From contig JAYWIR010000058.1 in the NCBI GenBank assembly GCA_036172245.1, positions 248,001-312,000 on the forward strand: a DNA stretch of 64,000 nt. Reading direction: 5' to 3'. Positions 1 to 13,856 of this stretch are shown piece by piece; the first letter of the stretch is position 1; the number at the start of each line of letters is the position of its first letter. Position numbers and translations under genes: made by a program. The notes beneath the pieces are model-generated. The model did not search any database. It saw nothing but the letters and a program-made list of their open reading frames with translations, and was not told the DNA's origin. This DNA is from Raillietiella orientalis. Taxonomy: Eukaryota.

Positions 1-501
1 TTGTCAGGGGAGTAAATTCTTCACACAAACTGTGATTGGACGCCCGAAGACCAACCCCGAAAGTGAAAACTGAGAACCAGTGACATTCAAGAATAATTGT
101 CTGAATGAAAGTTGAAAACAAATTCACCCAACAGCGAGTCGGATTTGGAAAAAGTGCGTTCTGTTTTTCTAATGCTGGTTCTACAAAGTAGGATTATCTT
201 TTTGGTGGATCACTCAAAAAATGCATCAATAAAAAAGTTATTTATTTTGAGATTAGAATGCATTCATCTTTAGACCGGAAGAGAATCTATCTTCGTGTCC
301 GATTACCAAAGCAAATACGTAGATCTTACGTAAATTATCATTGGACCAGTCGACAAATCACATGTGAGACAGTCCTTTCTTACTAGGTTAAGCTCTGCCG
401 AAATTGTTCTTGTGCATCTTTTCAAAGAAATGAAAACACACAAGCAGCTCTTTTTCACAGCGGATTTAGACGTGATGCGGCTGTCGTTCCGCTAGTCTAT
501 C

Positions 502-1514
502 ATGTATCTAGCGTCTACTCCTTCACCGCTGGAAGACGTACAAGGTGACGGCCGTTGGCAAAGCTTGGTAAAGTATGAATGTTTGAATTTTTAAAGGACT
601 CTGAAGAGTATAGTGTGACTCACCAAAAAACCCAGGAAAAGCTTCCCATGACTGCTGCGGTACTACGTTTCGCATGCATCCCTTACCGAATATTAGTTTG
701 CGGCTAATATTTGATAAGGTGAAGCCTATTTTCCTTACATAACCCATTAAGGATGTTGTGTAGATCAAATCTGAATCTGCCATATAAGTTGATACACATC
801 CATGCTTTTAATTTTAAGTGAATTATTATTCATTTTTGTAAAGCATGACCTCTTCGTAAGTAAATGCCGAGAAGGAAACCCAGATGTACTTTTCATTGGT
901 GATTCAATCACAGCCTTGATGACGCAAACGGATATATGGGAAAAATGGTTTCTTCCAATGAACTCTTGGAATTTTGGAATTGGAGGCGATCAGACACAAC
1001 ATCTGTTGTGGAGAATCGAAAATGGGGAACTAGAAAAGATTCGGCCCAAGGTAATGACAGTAAATGGCATGGTGGCATATAACAGGTTTGCTTGCAGGCT
1101 ATCGTCGTTCTGATCGGAACTAACAATCATGAACATTCGGCAGAGGAAGTGGCAAAAGGCATCGAAGAAATTGTCAAATCGGTTTCCAGGCAACAACCAC
1201 AGGCATGGATTTTACTCCTGGTGAGAATAACATTAAAAGAATGGGCAATTTTTGTGTCCTTGCAGACACTTCTTCCCAGAGGACAGTATCCTAACAAACT
1301 GAGGGAAAAAAATGCAAAAATCAACATACTAATGGTTGGAATAGTGAAGTCATTTAGTAAATGTCAGTTAGTAGATATTACTGCAAACTTCATTGGCAAT
1401 GATGGAACCATATCCCATCATGACATGCACGATTATCTGCACCTAACAAGACAAGGCTATGCAAAAGCCTTCCAATCTGTGTACACTTTGTTGCAACAAT
1501 TGCTTAACGAATGA
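502..1514 (+). CDS. PAFAH1B2: Platelet-activating factor acetylhydrolase IB catalytic subunit (PAFAH1B2/B3-like, SGNH hydrolase), 4 exons
   Basis: Exons 502-567 (MYLASTPSPLEDVQGDGRWQSL), 844-1050, 1098-1220, 1266-1514. All introns GT-AG and in frame. Motifs DVQGDGRW, VLFIGDS, NFGIGGD, LIGTNN, LLPRG, DYLHL intact. B2 versus B3 cannot be distinguished. Confidence 0.93.
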
Positions 1515-1558
1515 AAGCATGCTTGCTGCTTCTGGAGCTGCATATAAGATCAACAACA

Positions 1559-4500
1559 TCAAGAGTCAAATAAATAGTTTGTGTCTTCTGGAGACCTATT
1601 TTCTGAAGGCAGCTGCTGGTATTTTTTAAGAAGCCATTGGCGGGATATACAATTGGACAAAAGCCGTTCATCCAAAATGACAGATAGACGATGGCCTTTC
1701 AAAAGTTCCTGAAGAGAACAACCCAGCATGTGCACATATTCTGCACACTCATCTTCACTCAAGTCATTTTCAGAACAATCTGCAAGCAGTTTATTCTCAT
1801 TTCCGGTTAAGCATCTTGAAATATTAAGCTTACAAATAGTCACAATTAAATCACAGATGAGATTGTTCCGGTATGGTTTGGTATGCAACTGAGCACACTG
1901 ATTGCAGTCCTTAAGAAGCTGACGTAATTCTATGCTCGGAATTGGCTTTTGTTCCAAAATCAGTCTCCGCATGCAGTGCTAAAATATGACTTACTTCTAG
2001 ACTCCAAGTGACACTTACTTTAGCTGTCAAAAGAACATCCAGCAACTCAACTGTCCTCTCTGATGATCTATCTGTCTCTACAGTGGTCTCTGGAACATAC
2101 ATGCAGTCTGATGCATTTGCAGAACACTCGAAAAATTTGATGCAATCGTCTTCCTAAAAGTTACTAATTCACAAAGTTAATCAGCATTCTTACCTGCTTT
2201 CATATTGTCATTCAACCAAGAAGCTACCTGACTTATGGCAGTCTCAGCTATTAATGGAATACATAAACGACACATTTCTTCTCCAAGACTAGTTGGAAGT
2301 AAAACTACAACCACTTGCTGACATGCTTCCTGACAGTAAGTTTTTGCAGCTTTTAGCACATAATTGTACATGTGTTTGAATGTAACCTCAGATACATTGT
2401 TTTCCTTTGGACAGTTGGGTAATTCTGCACTATCTTCGAACTTGAGATGCTGCATGCTATCACTAAGATCCAATGCAACTTCTTTTAATAGTGTTTCTCT
2501 AATATGACAAATGCAGTTGGAAGCAATTCGCTCAGACAGAAATGCCATGGTCCGTTTGGCTGAAGATGGCAGATTCATCAAAAAGCTATCCTTCAATTTT
2601 TTCTGAAAATGAGAGCTAGTCTCGTTCAAGAAAGGGAAGGAGGGGGATTGGGAGAAAAGTATGCTCACCTGAAGATCTTCATGGACATCCTCCAGTTTTT
2701 CTCTAGGTGTTGTCAGTGGAGTTATTTTTTTTATTTCTGAAAGAGAAGGCGAAATCTCAAGATGTTTCAACTGATCCACAAATGGACACAAGTAATTCAA
2801 GGCTGCTGGACTTAGAATGCAGACTTCATCCACTATGCTATAAGGCGGTATGGTTTGTGTGGATTTACTGTAATCAAGCTGTTGTGATAGAAGGTGATCA
2901 GCTGGCATATTTTCAAGAGCAAGCAATTCTCCTATCACAAGAGTGAGATACAGAGAATTTCGGCAGGGGACGTTCTTATGGCCTATACGTAAACTAAGGT
3001 AGAGAGAAAGTATTTGGTACAATGCAGATTGGAAATAAGGAAGACGGAGTGACACAGGATCCATCCACTTCAGGTATTCTACTATCCACGGCACAGTCAG
3101 CATCAAACAGCCATTTTTTCGCGCCTCTTCAAGCTCTTTCAAGACATCAATTGCTCCTTTATCCTAGGAAATTTCATAAATATACTACTAGCTCACAAAA
3201 ATTGGTAATTACTTCGGCACGCATGATGTATTCTACGTTCATCCGATATGACTGAATTTCACAATCTCGATACGGAAAGAAATACAGAAAACCAAGAAAC
3301 TTTGCTAGTAAACATGTCAACTTAATGTGCACAACAATTTCCTGGCAGCCAGCAGATTTCTCTGGAAAACTATTTACGGTATATCGATGTATGGGCATAC
3401 TACCTTTGTGTTTTCCTTGCATATGACTGTTGTTCTGATGCAGATGATGCCGTAAAATGTTACATATATGTATTATGAATGGATAAGATGATCCAGAGAT
3501 CAGGAACTGACAGAAGAAGTCTTCATAGCCTTCAAAAGATGGCTTCCTGGAGAAAAACTTGTTGGCTGGTTTGTGTATTCTCTGCAGCAAAGACTCATAG
3601 CGTTGGGGATTATTCTGTTTCAGCTGATTAATTAATGTTGGCTCAGAAGCTGAAGCAAAAGTGTTCTTGGTCGCCACTTTGACGGTGTTCTTGCAGTTGA
3701 TGACAAACTCCACTAGCTTCTCAATGAAGAAGTGTGCAATATTCACTGTGTTTGCTGTGCTGCCAGCAGACATTTTCAGGAACATTCGTATCTTTGATTC
3801 GCATTTAATGGTTCTGTTGGCAATTTCACCATCCTCTTCCCAAGAACGAAGAATTTCATGGAATAAATCCTTCTGTCGTTTGAAACAAATAAAAGAATCC
3901 GAACTGGGAAAATTCTGCCTCCAATCTAGTTCAAACCCAGGGTACAGGACGGCTTGAGGAGAATGTAGAGCATCTACAGGTGCACTTAAACGCGCTTCCA
4001 CTTCTCTGTTTGTCTCTAGGAAAATAGCTTGTTGCTCATTTGTCAGCAGATTCATAAAAAGAAAATTCGTTTCTAACTGCTGGACAAGGGGCCAACAGAG
4101 GTCCAGAAAAATATGATGCAATCTCCATAAACACTGGACACCAAACAGGAGGCATTCACCTAATGTGCAAAACAAACTATTCTCATGATATATTTGGAAG
4201 AGATCTGTCTGGGTGCACAGGCTATGCAAGGATATGATTCGGGTTAACCATTTAAGTTCGCTAAAAAAATCGAAGATAAGATTGTTTTGGATTAGAAACA
4301 CATAGATGTCTATATAGCACAAAAGATGCTTATTAGGATTTTCCACATCCAAGTGTAGTGTAACCAACTTGCGTATTTCTGCCTGTACACCATTTGAAAC
4401 ACTTTTTACATCCAATGTGCTGTCAGTTGAGTAATTGGGGATGATTTTGTTTTTTTGCTCCATGCGAACGTTCATCATCGAATCAGAGGAGATTTTCTGC

Positions 4501-5057
4501 AAGAGAGAATCATTCCAACCAGTTACACAGTTTCTTGACCAAAGCATCGGAAAAGCTTGACTTTTTAGTTTGTTTTCTGATGAAATATGCTGGAATTCTT
4601 CTTTCAAAGGTGTTGGAGTAATCCTGCGAATTTTTTTTTGTTTTTTCTGAGGTCCATTCTGAGCATTGGCAATAAGGGCCTGACAAATAATATCCTGCAA
4701 TGTAAGTGATGAAGGTTGGTGCCTTGCTCGAGATTTATTCAGAGTTTTTGCACTCTGATGACTTTGGATCTCAGCAACACCAGTTGATGAAGGATTAGAA
4801 TTTTTTGTTTTCAAGGAAAACCTTTATTTGAAGCAATGAGTGCATCTGCTGCCATTTGCTTACCTACTCATCTCGAAATGTAGTAGCTGTAAGAAATCTG
4901 TAATAAACTTGCTGCGTAATATAGCTGGTGCATCCTAGTACTCAGACAATGAGAAGTACTTTACAGGCCAGCTTACTTGCGAATTCTGCAACCAAAGAAT
5001 GACATCTGAACCTTTGAAACCTTTATGCAAAAACACTTCAATCACCTCAGATTGCAT
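1559..5057 (-). CDS. CDAN1: Codanin-1 / discs lost homolog, multi-exon
   Basis: ATG 5057. Introns 4976-4935, 4863-4822, 3403-3362 (in frame), 3212-3164, 2668-2603 (in frame), 2193-2154, 2018-1979, 1833-1780 (in frame). Stop at 1559. Codanin motifs RRITPT, FKRQKDLFHEILRSWE, LLAKFLGFL, LTVPWIVEYL, KKITP, FLSERIASNCI. The junction near 2.0-2.2 kb is ambiguous (see findings). Confidence 0.88.
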
Positions 5058-5217
5058 TTTTCGATAAATTTGCTGGATATCCAGATTGTCTATAATCTGA
5101 AAGACTCACTCAATTCCCCAAATAAAGAATTGTTTCCCCTTTATCCCTTTTCCAATGTACATATTGCCCATCCAATCATCTATTTTTCCTAGAAACAGGG
5201 TGAACTATTCAAACACA

Positions 5218-8200
5218 TTAAACAAGCTGTGGTGACGAGGAGCCTGATGCACTTTGTAAGTTAAACAAGACATCAGCATTGGCTGAGATTCGTGCTGTTA
5301 CGACTATGGCTAGTAACAGCATAAACAGTCCTAAAAATAAGATGATCATTTCTTGTTCCAATGAAGGCACCACAAATATCCTAGCTGATGGATGTTCCCA
5401 AACGGATTCTGTCCATGTAGAGTACAATGATGACCACTTTTCATCTGACTCCCATTATCAAAGAGATGGCAATTAAATGCTTACCTTCATCAAATATTGG
5501 GCTAAGTGCTTTACTGTACATTGCCGTGCTAAACCAACACTCCGAAGAACTTGAAATCCAGAAATACTGAGGTACTCCAAAATAGCTGCTGCTGACACAT
5601 TCCTCCTGTGTGCGATTCACAGGATGGCCAGACAGAAAAGCTAATGTGTGGTGAGTCAGAAGGGTGATCATAGAAGGAGCATCTGACTTGGATGCAGAGA
5701 TATACATAGGTAGAGGATGGATAGGAAGAGAACTGATAATCGAAGCAGGCATCATTTGCTTCCATAGGGAACAATGTGCAGTGACTAAATAGCATTCCAG
5801 CATTTTCTCCACCTAAAAAGTATTCTCTGACAAAACCTAAGAAATTGGAGAAAGCTAACCAAGGTAATATTCATAAACAATGCAGGTGGATCTTTTCCTG
5901 TTATAAGCTTATATACAGCATGGGCAACACCTTGGCTTACATTCACAATGTGTTTCAATAAGTGTTCACTTGATTTGTAATGCACATTTTTTACATCATC
6001 GTAGATACTGTGATAAAATCTATAAAAACATTAAACATACATTTAACAAGGTATGTACGTACATACTTGTTATGATAGGCACCTGCGTGATTTGTTAACA
6101 CAACTCCTGCGAGTTTTGGATGAACTTTTAAAATGCTCTGCAAGGATGCTGGAGGTAATGGCTGGTCCTTTGGAACTTTCTCAAAGTTCACGTACGATGA
6201 TGAATTCAAAAGGCTTTCCATCTGTTCTACCTAAAGCTTGGAAGGTACAAAAAAAGTATTATTGATTACACTGCATACATATTTCTTCACAGTTTCATCC
6301 TTCTGTGATAATGGATCTGAATGAACATATACTATGCCATCTGCATTAGGTGACATCTGGGAAATTTCGAACCAGCAGCGTAAATTTTGCAATGTGATAG
6401 GTGCTGCTTGTTCTGCTATGGATTCGTCGAGCTGAGCAGGAAATACACCTTTTTCCATATCGAATACCATACGGGATGACCCAATATAATCAAAGCTTTC
6501 CTATATCTTAGTAAATCACAAAATACACACAAGTCCTACTTACACCATTGAACAGCATGAAAAGCACATTTTGATTCTCATTTTGGATGGTTTCTTTATG
6601 CTTGTATAATAAATGTGCCACAGAGATTAAGGTGACTAATCCTGTAATAGCGGAATCAGCTCCAGGATCCAAATTACTGAACATGGATGCAGAATCCATA
6701 CGTGCTGCAACCACTGTCACAGACTGTGATGGAACAGTTTCGTTTTTCAATTGCAAGTGTATAGGCATCACGATATTCAAACCAAATAAAGGATCACACA
6801 TAGCTACTGAGAATACCACAAGGATTGTCCTACAACAACGCAGTACTCAAAATACCTGAAGTAAAAAAGGGATGGCGAAGACATAAATTAGTATTTTGGG
6901 ATCCAAACATAAAAGTTTTTAGTTCCATAACACATGCAGGATATGGTGGTTCCATGCCATCAGCAATCTGGTTGAATTTTCTGAAACACTGTAAACGAAT
7001 CAACTTTCTTTCGAACATTGTAATATTCATTTCATGTTTGATTTCAACAACTGATTGAACTTTTATCAATTAACAGTAATGTATATTTATAAAAATGTAT
7101 ATTTATTTTATCCACCATTAATTCATTTCAGAACATACATCCAATAATTTACCTAATCATGTCTTTGAGACTTTTTGTTGCAACTGAATATTATTCAATG
7201 AAAACATCATGGAGGCCAAAATCATATTCCAAAGTTAAAATTGCGATAAAATACTTGTGCAACAAGAAAATTCAGAAGACAGCTTGTATGTACCTATTTA
7301 AAATAATTCGAATATATTAATATTCCGAATTATATAACAAATGCAAGTATGCCAATTCCAAAAATGAACTTACTGAAATAATCTTTTTGACCAATTACTG
7401 AGAAACAATTTGGTTAAAAATGTTTAATTATTATGAAAACATTAATTAAAGTTTCGGGATTATTATCAGAATAAGTCTGTAAAAGTCTAAAACTTTGGGG
7501 ATGAGAAATACAAAATGTTACCAAGCTAACAATCAATAATCATAAGAAAAGAACAATATTCCATATTGTCATTCCATCTGCTCACAATATTGAAAATTTT
7601 TCATGTGTCTTCGGCACACAATGCAATAGATAGGTGTTCAATAATGGCAGCACAAATACAAATATTTTTGTGGCTATTATTGAATGCTTTTGTAATAAGA
7701 ACCAAAAAAGAACGGAAATGTATCTAACAGAAACTCAGCAAAGATCAATAATGCTCACTAGCATCATGACTGTTCTCAGAATTCCTGAAACAAAAATTTT
7801 TTTAGCATGAAAACTTAACTCTTTGACAAAACCTATTTTATCTAAAAACAAAAAAATTATTTATTAAGATTATTAAATTTCTGCACTGCTAAATGATGAT
7901 TTTCGTTACTATTAATTGTCAGTTCCAGAAGAGCATTCATACTCTTTCAATAATATACATTTAGAAAACTCAATGCTATGGTTTTTTAATTGCCTGCATT
8001 TCTAAAACAAATATTATGACTTCACAGTCCGACATTTGTTAACAAACATCCATCACATTACACCTACCATTTAGTGGATCAAAATTACCTCCCCATGATA
8101 ATGACATTAATTGCTTGCTTGTGGTGCTAACTTACAATGATGTCCCAAATTTCAAACAATTTGAAAAAAGTTCAGTTCAATTAATAATTCCTACCAAAAA

Positions 8201-11200
8201 AGAATGAGTCACCCAAACAACTGAATCTACAATCTACAATGGCATATAATCCTAGAATACGCTTCACGGTCATTTTATTATCCTAAATTAGTTTCACTTA
8301 AACTAGGAGCAGACACTAACCCACAGGGTCAGAAACATTACATAACTTAAGAAAGCATGAATATTCTTTGATCAGTTCATTTTTAGCAATTGTACAATGT
8401 TGATGCATAATGGATCCTTTATTTGATTTAAATGATTTTAATTTAACATCCTGCTCAAAAGAACGAAAGAAAATTATTGACGTATTGGCGATTCTCCCTT
8501 TTACTTCTGCTAAAGCAACCATCATTGAATTCTTTTCAGCTTATGTTTAGTTTTCCATCCCGAGTTCCAATCATTGATACGAAACCTTATCCTTATTTCC
8601 AAAGGATTCAGTGTCACAAATTACACATTCAGTATTATATATCACATATTACACAAGTTCGCTTTATTCTCTACAGCAAGCTTTTTACTCTAGTCAACAG
8701 AATAAATTTTCCTCTCAAATATCCCTCTGACACCAATCTTGTAACCAGATAAAAGGCCAAACTTAAATTGATTTTGATAATTTTAATTTCCTTCTGGATT
8801 ATATCAACAGCTGAAATGTACCACAGTATCCTCCAGATATGAATCACAAATTTCTCTTGTAAACGAAATTGGTTGTTTGTTTTCGCAAAGTTCACCATTC
8901 CATATTTTCGGATGCAATTATCCGCTCATTTTTGTGAAATACTCCTCCGCTCGTTTTTGTGAAGTGCACCTCTTGTGAACTTCATGAGTGATTACTGACA
9001 ATTTATCATCAGAAGCAAGAATGTAATCAGCTCATAGTGTACAATTTTTTTAACGTATTTTCTCAGAAAGCAGTTTGAATGTCAATCTCAAATTCTACAA
9101 ATGAAGGCTACTAATAACAATGTTATGCTAAGGAGATTCATATGTGAATAGAAAAAAGAGAAAAACATGCAAAACACGTGATGCTGAATCATGACGACAA
9201 ATGATAAACAAACTCACTATAGGCACAACTGAGGAGGAAAGTATTTATAAATGAGTACTGGTACGAGTATAAAATAAATGCATGTTGAAATAAGATGAAT
9301 TTAAAGATGCTTAAGAGAAACTTTTAAAACAAAAACCCTTCCACTATATAAACATCCTTTCTATTGACCTCCACATCTAACTACGAATACCATAATAAAT
9401 ACATATAGTAATAGATAAGAGTAGCAGACAAAGCATAAATTTATCCAGAAAGATGAATGATTTAGTGTACAAGATCGGACACAAAAACATCTGGCCAACT
9501 CTAATAACTAGAGCATGCCAAATAGATATGAAAATACATCACAGATCACTAGAACCAACCTGAAAAGAGAAGAACCTAACCAATTACTCTAATTACTCAA
9601 AATGGGAAATGTTCCTGATCCACATAACAATGGTAGAGCACTTACTATTCTTATCTTGAATCAAAGTGAATCCTAAGATCTCTTATTTGGATGAAACTAT
9701 CATTAAAGCAAAACTGAGAAAGCATATCTGACAGTAGACACCACACATACTTGCACTGCTGCATATCCTAGATTTTCAAAAAGGTGTTTACCTCATTTAA
9801 TATAGCATGTATGCTTTCAGGATCATCCATAAAAATAATTGGGAATTCAAAACTCCTGTGCAATAATGAAGTTCCAACTTTATTCCAAGGATTCTTTATA
9901 CAGTACTCATGTAAGTTTCCATGACTCGAATTGTACATTCCTATGAAACAGAAGTTCAAATTCATTTTTTTTGACATAAAACACTATCTTATGCACTAAA
10001 TCATATCAACGAGAAATCAGAAAAATTAGATTGCTTAATGCAAACAACTGAAAATCTCCCACAGCTGTGAAAATTTGAGGAAGAGATTTCTTATGCACAT
10101 TTTACGGACATGTAAAGAAATAAAAGACAATAATTATGCTTTTTGAATCAAAGAAAGGCATAAAGGTGATCAGACCACTCAGTTCAATAAACAGTCATTC
10201 AATAATGGTCCATTTACAAATAGAAAGAACAAAATTTGAGAAGAATGAATTGCAGTGGTACAAGCACATTTTGAAAAAATGATGACTTTACATATGAGAA
10301 TGCTATGTTAAATCAAAATGAAAAAGGCATGAAAAAAAAAACACTAAACCTGAATTTTCATTAGGGCATGGTGAATCAGGGGAAAACTCAAGAATTTGGG
10401 AAACCTCCATTTCCGACTTCATTAGAACTACACCAGCTATTTTTTTGGAATTTTGAATTTGTAGCAGATTGCTTCTAAAGAAAAAAATTAAACGAATAGG
10501 GGCTGAATTCAGTATCACAATAATTTCTGTACATGATGAATGCATGATTTATTTTTTCTAAAAAACAAAGAATCTCAAGAAATTAATTCTTATGCTAATC
10601 AAGTTACAAAAGTGCTAGTGCATCCCCCCCACTATATAACTAAATTCCAAAGCAGTTAAGAAGAAAAACCAAACAAAGTGATTTTGTGACTTTAGCTTTT
10701 ATTTAGATTTCAATACAAGACTTTTATAATTGCATTGCATTATAAGACATTCAGTGGTAGCAAGGAATTTTGAAAGAATCACTGGAGTAAATGCAGTATT
10801 TTTGTATCAAGTTCAGTATGCAAAACAAAACAGTCTCATAAAACCCACAAAATGATTCTAAATTTAAATACTGATCACTCGGAGAACCAGAAACAAAAAA
10901 CAAAAACTAAAGCAATGATGCACACCTGGATGAGCTCCAGAAGCAAACTCTGGAAAAAAGGTTGATTAATGGATATCAGTATTCAAAAAGTACAACTTGA
11001 AAATTATGGAAAAAATGCTTTAAATAATTTTGCAATGATTTCGAATTCGACAACTACTATTACTCCTCTACTATTAGGAGAAATACACTCCTTGATAAGA
11101 GTTATATTATCATATTCAGAACATGGAAAAAAAGAAATGCATTTCATGGGCCACAAAGATATTATTCAACACATCATGCATATATCTCACAAAGACAAGC

Positions 11201-13856
11201 AATACTTAGAAACAAATGTTTGATCTACAATGAAACTATAAACAAGGAAGAGCTACACTATGAATTGTTAGATGAAGAAATGACTGATTTAAATTTCCTT
11301 TTTGATACACAGAAAATGGAACAGATTTTCTGATTGAGAAATGAAAGCTTACGAACATTATTAAATATTAGTTTACTTGATATTCATTTAATTCATATGC
11401 CAACAGCTGTATTTGCATGTCGAATATGATTTGCCTTAATCAAGAAGACTAAAGATAGATAGTAAAAACCAAAAGTATGTGAAAAATAAACAGATGTAAA
11501 AAAATACACAATTTCGTATCAGAAATCGAAATAATAAGATCGGAAAGAAGACAATGGAGACTGTGAACAAGGCCTAATGGGCAAAATGTTGAAAGTAGTT
11601 GGAAAACTGGAGGATCAATTACGAACATTTGACTGCAAAACAGATGTGTCAGTATTTTAATTACGTTGAAACAAAATGAGCTGGAATGATATATATCATT
11701 GCAGATAGTTATTGTTGGTAAACTAGTAATGCAAAACTGTTGTCATCAAACAGACAGTCAAAATTTGATGCACATAATTTACTTTTTCCCTGAAGAACAC
11801 TCATGAAAATCACGAGAATACTCATGACAATCTTTCATCATAATTCCGATGAATGTAAATTAATGTTCTTAGAATTATGCTTTCGCTTGAACTATAGTAT
11901 CCAATTAACCATTGCTAAATTGTGCAACTTGCTATAGAAGGATATGATTTTCAATATCGACAATTTCACTTCAAAGAAATTTAAATGCTGTTACTAAATT
12001 TATCAATATCAAATATGATATCAATACATTTTAAACAGGACCTGAAACAAGATGCAGAGCAAAACATGAATCACAATCATTTTTCAAAGTGGTTTGTCAT
12101 TAGTTACAACCATGTCTCAAGAACTGAAAAGATCATGCAACATGTATCCAATTTTGGAATGCAGGCTGTACTCAAAATGAAAAACAAATCGTAATAAATC
12201 AAGAAAAATTGATTCGCAATTTTCAAAAATCAATGATGAATCAATCTCACATTTCACTAAGTTTGCTTTGTTGGTTCACTAATCATTTGAATGCAATCGA
12301 GTCATTACATAACTAAGCATGAATTGTTACAAGCCTGCAATTCAGCATTCTTTTCGATTCATTTTTGATGAAATAAAAGAATCCTAAGTTTCAACCCAAT
12401 TCCATTAAATGCACTTTACACACATGATAAAATAAAACTGGGTATTGGAGAGCACTGAAAGCAAAAAAATGCTGCATAACAATAATTGTTCCAATAAGAA
12501 AAATGGAATTGAAAACTGAAAAGAGGAGCAATTTGAGAAAAGTGAGATTTTCATCACTGAAATTAGATTCTGAAAAAATGCAATATGAACAAAGCATCAA
12601 ATGGCATGTACTGTGCTCATAGCAAACAAATCAAGATTATAATTACATTATGCCTATTTACATTGCATTACATTAGGAATCAGTTATAAGATACTCGAAA
12701 ACACTTAATAATTCAATTACCAAGGAAATTCCTTCTTTGCTATGATGTAATATAGGTGTGATGATAAAATCAAAAAAGGAAGACTTGCCCACATTACACG
12801 AGAAAGAAAAACAAGAAAATCTATTTAATCTATTTAATCACAAGAAAAACCTCTTCTAAGACAATAGGACAATTATGTCAACAAAATTTTAGTTTCCTTT
12901 GAACGTGAACTTTGGGCAACTGTATCAGAATCTGGCAAAAGTGAACTGCCAAAGCTATAGTATCAACAGCAAAAGCAGGTTTTGTTTCCTTGACCAAATG
13001 TCTAGAAATCATTGAGACCACTCATTGGAACAAAATATTTCTGTGACTTCAAAATGCAATTCACTTCAAAAATTTTGGTGGTATAGTCAAAACTGTACTC
13101 TAATTAATAAATTTCATCATAAACTATAAAATTACTCAAGACAGCTGTTGGACTTACAACGTAAAAAGCTCTGAGAACATGGTGAGGATATAGGGAGAAC
13201 GACTGCCATTGTGTAAAACCCAACTCAGCTCACTGTCTGTATCAACATGAAATACAACACCAAGATTTCCATTTCTTGAAGCTAAAAAAATACAATAACT
13301 GAAGTGCTGCATAGTACAAACAAACGTGTAAAAAAAAAACTCTTAAAAAAATATGTAAAAAAACTATGCCTAGAACGCAGAATTTGATATTGATACTTAC
13401 AAGAACAGCCAGTTTGATGGGTGGCATTAAATCTACGAAAGCATGTGAAGTTGCTCTGCAGCACATGATAAATAGTTGAGTTCAGTTCTTCTTTCGTATC
13501 AAGGGCATTCGAAACTACAATCATTTGTTCCAATTATGAGTACGTTTCATTAGAACATATATCTAATACAAGTTGATAATTGGAAAACTGAAAATTTGGC
13601 TTGGATCTTAAATTTCGCTTTTTAAATGTTTACGGGATCCTTTTAAAAAGAATCACGAAATATACAGTCATGATAACGAAATGAACACAGTATAGATGAA
13701 CTATACAAACGTGGAAATAATTACATCAAACTGAAAATCACTAATAAACTTACCATGAAAATTAATCGAGAAAATGACCAGCAGAAAACACAAAAGTTCC
13801 ACCAATTCGTGATATTTATTCAACTCACATTTCAAAGATATGCATCCACTAGACAT
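5218..13856 (-). CDS. NCSTN: Nicastrin (gamma-secretase subunit), 12 exons
   Basis: Exons 13856-13754, 13514-13401, 13281-13158, 10474-10350, 9940-9792, 6988-6856, 6806-6544, 6500-6279, 6230-6067, 6019-5860, 5812-5485, 5444-5218. All GT-AG with consistent phase. Motifs CFRRFNATHQTGCS, FSPDSPCPN, AARMDS, PGADS, GESFDYIGSSRMVFDM, LPPASLQS, YSTWTESVW, plus a C-terminal TM helix. Confidence 0.96.
8250..8900 (-). mobile_element. Decayed L1-like RT remnant in nicastrin intron 5
   Basis: Minus-strand fragments occur in RT order: YLEDTVV (~8830, YADD-like), LSGYKIGV (~8745, SGYKIN-like), VKGRIA (~8500). Stops and frameshifts lie between them. Boundaries approximate. Confidence 0.4.
10900..12500 (+). 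mobile_element. Heavily decayed LINE (RTE/L2-like) remnant in nicastrin intron 3
   Basis: Ordered weak echoes: HTW (~10920, APE-like), GKMLKVVG (~11580), FKQDLKQD (~12030, GxxQG-like). Interrupted throughout. Boundaries approximate. Confidence 0.3.

Noticed and set aside
1..480. 5' end of another gene upstream of PAFAH1B
   Set aside because: Only isolated splice-like words; no supportable reading frame.
2072..2193. Pair of 30-nt and 29-nt introns solving the codanin phase problem
   Set aside because: It restores the frame but falls below the 33-37 nt floor implied by skipped acceptors elsewhere.
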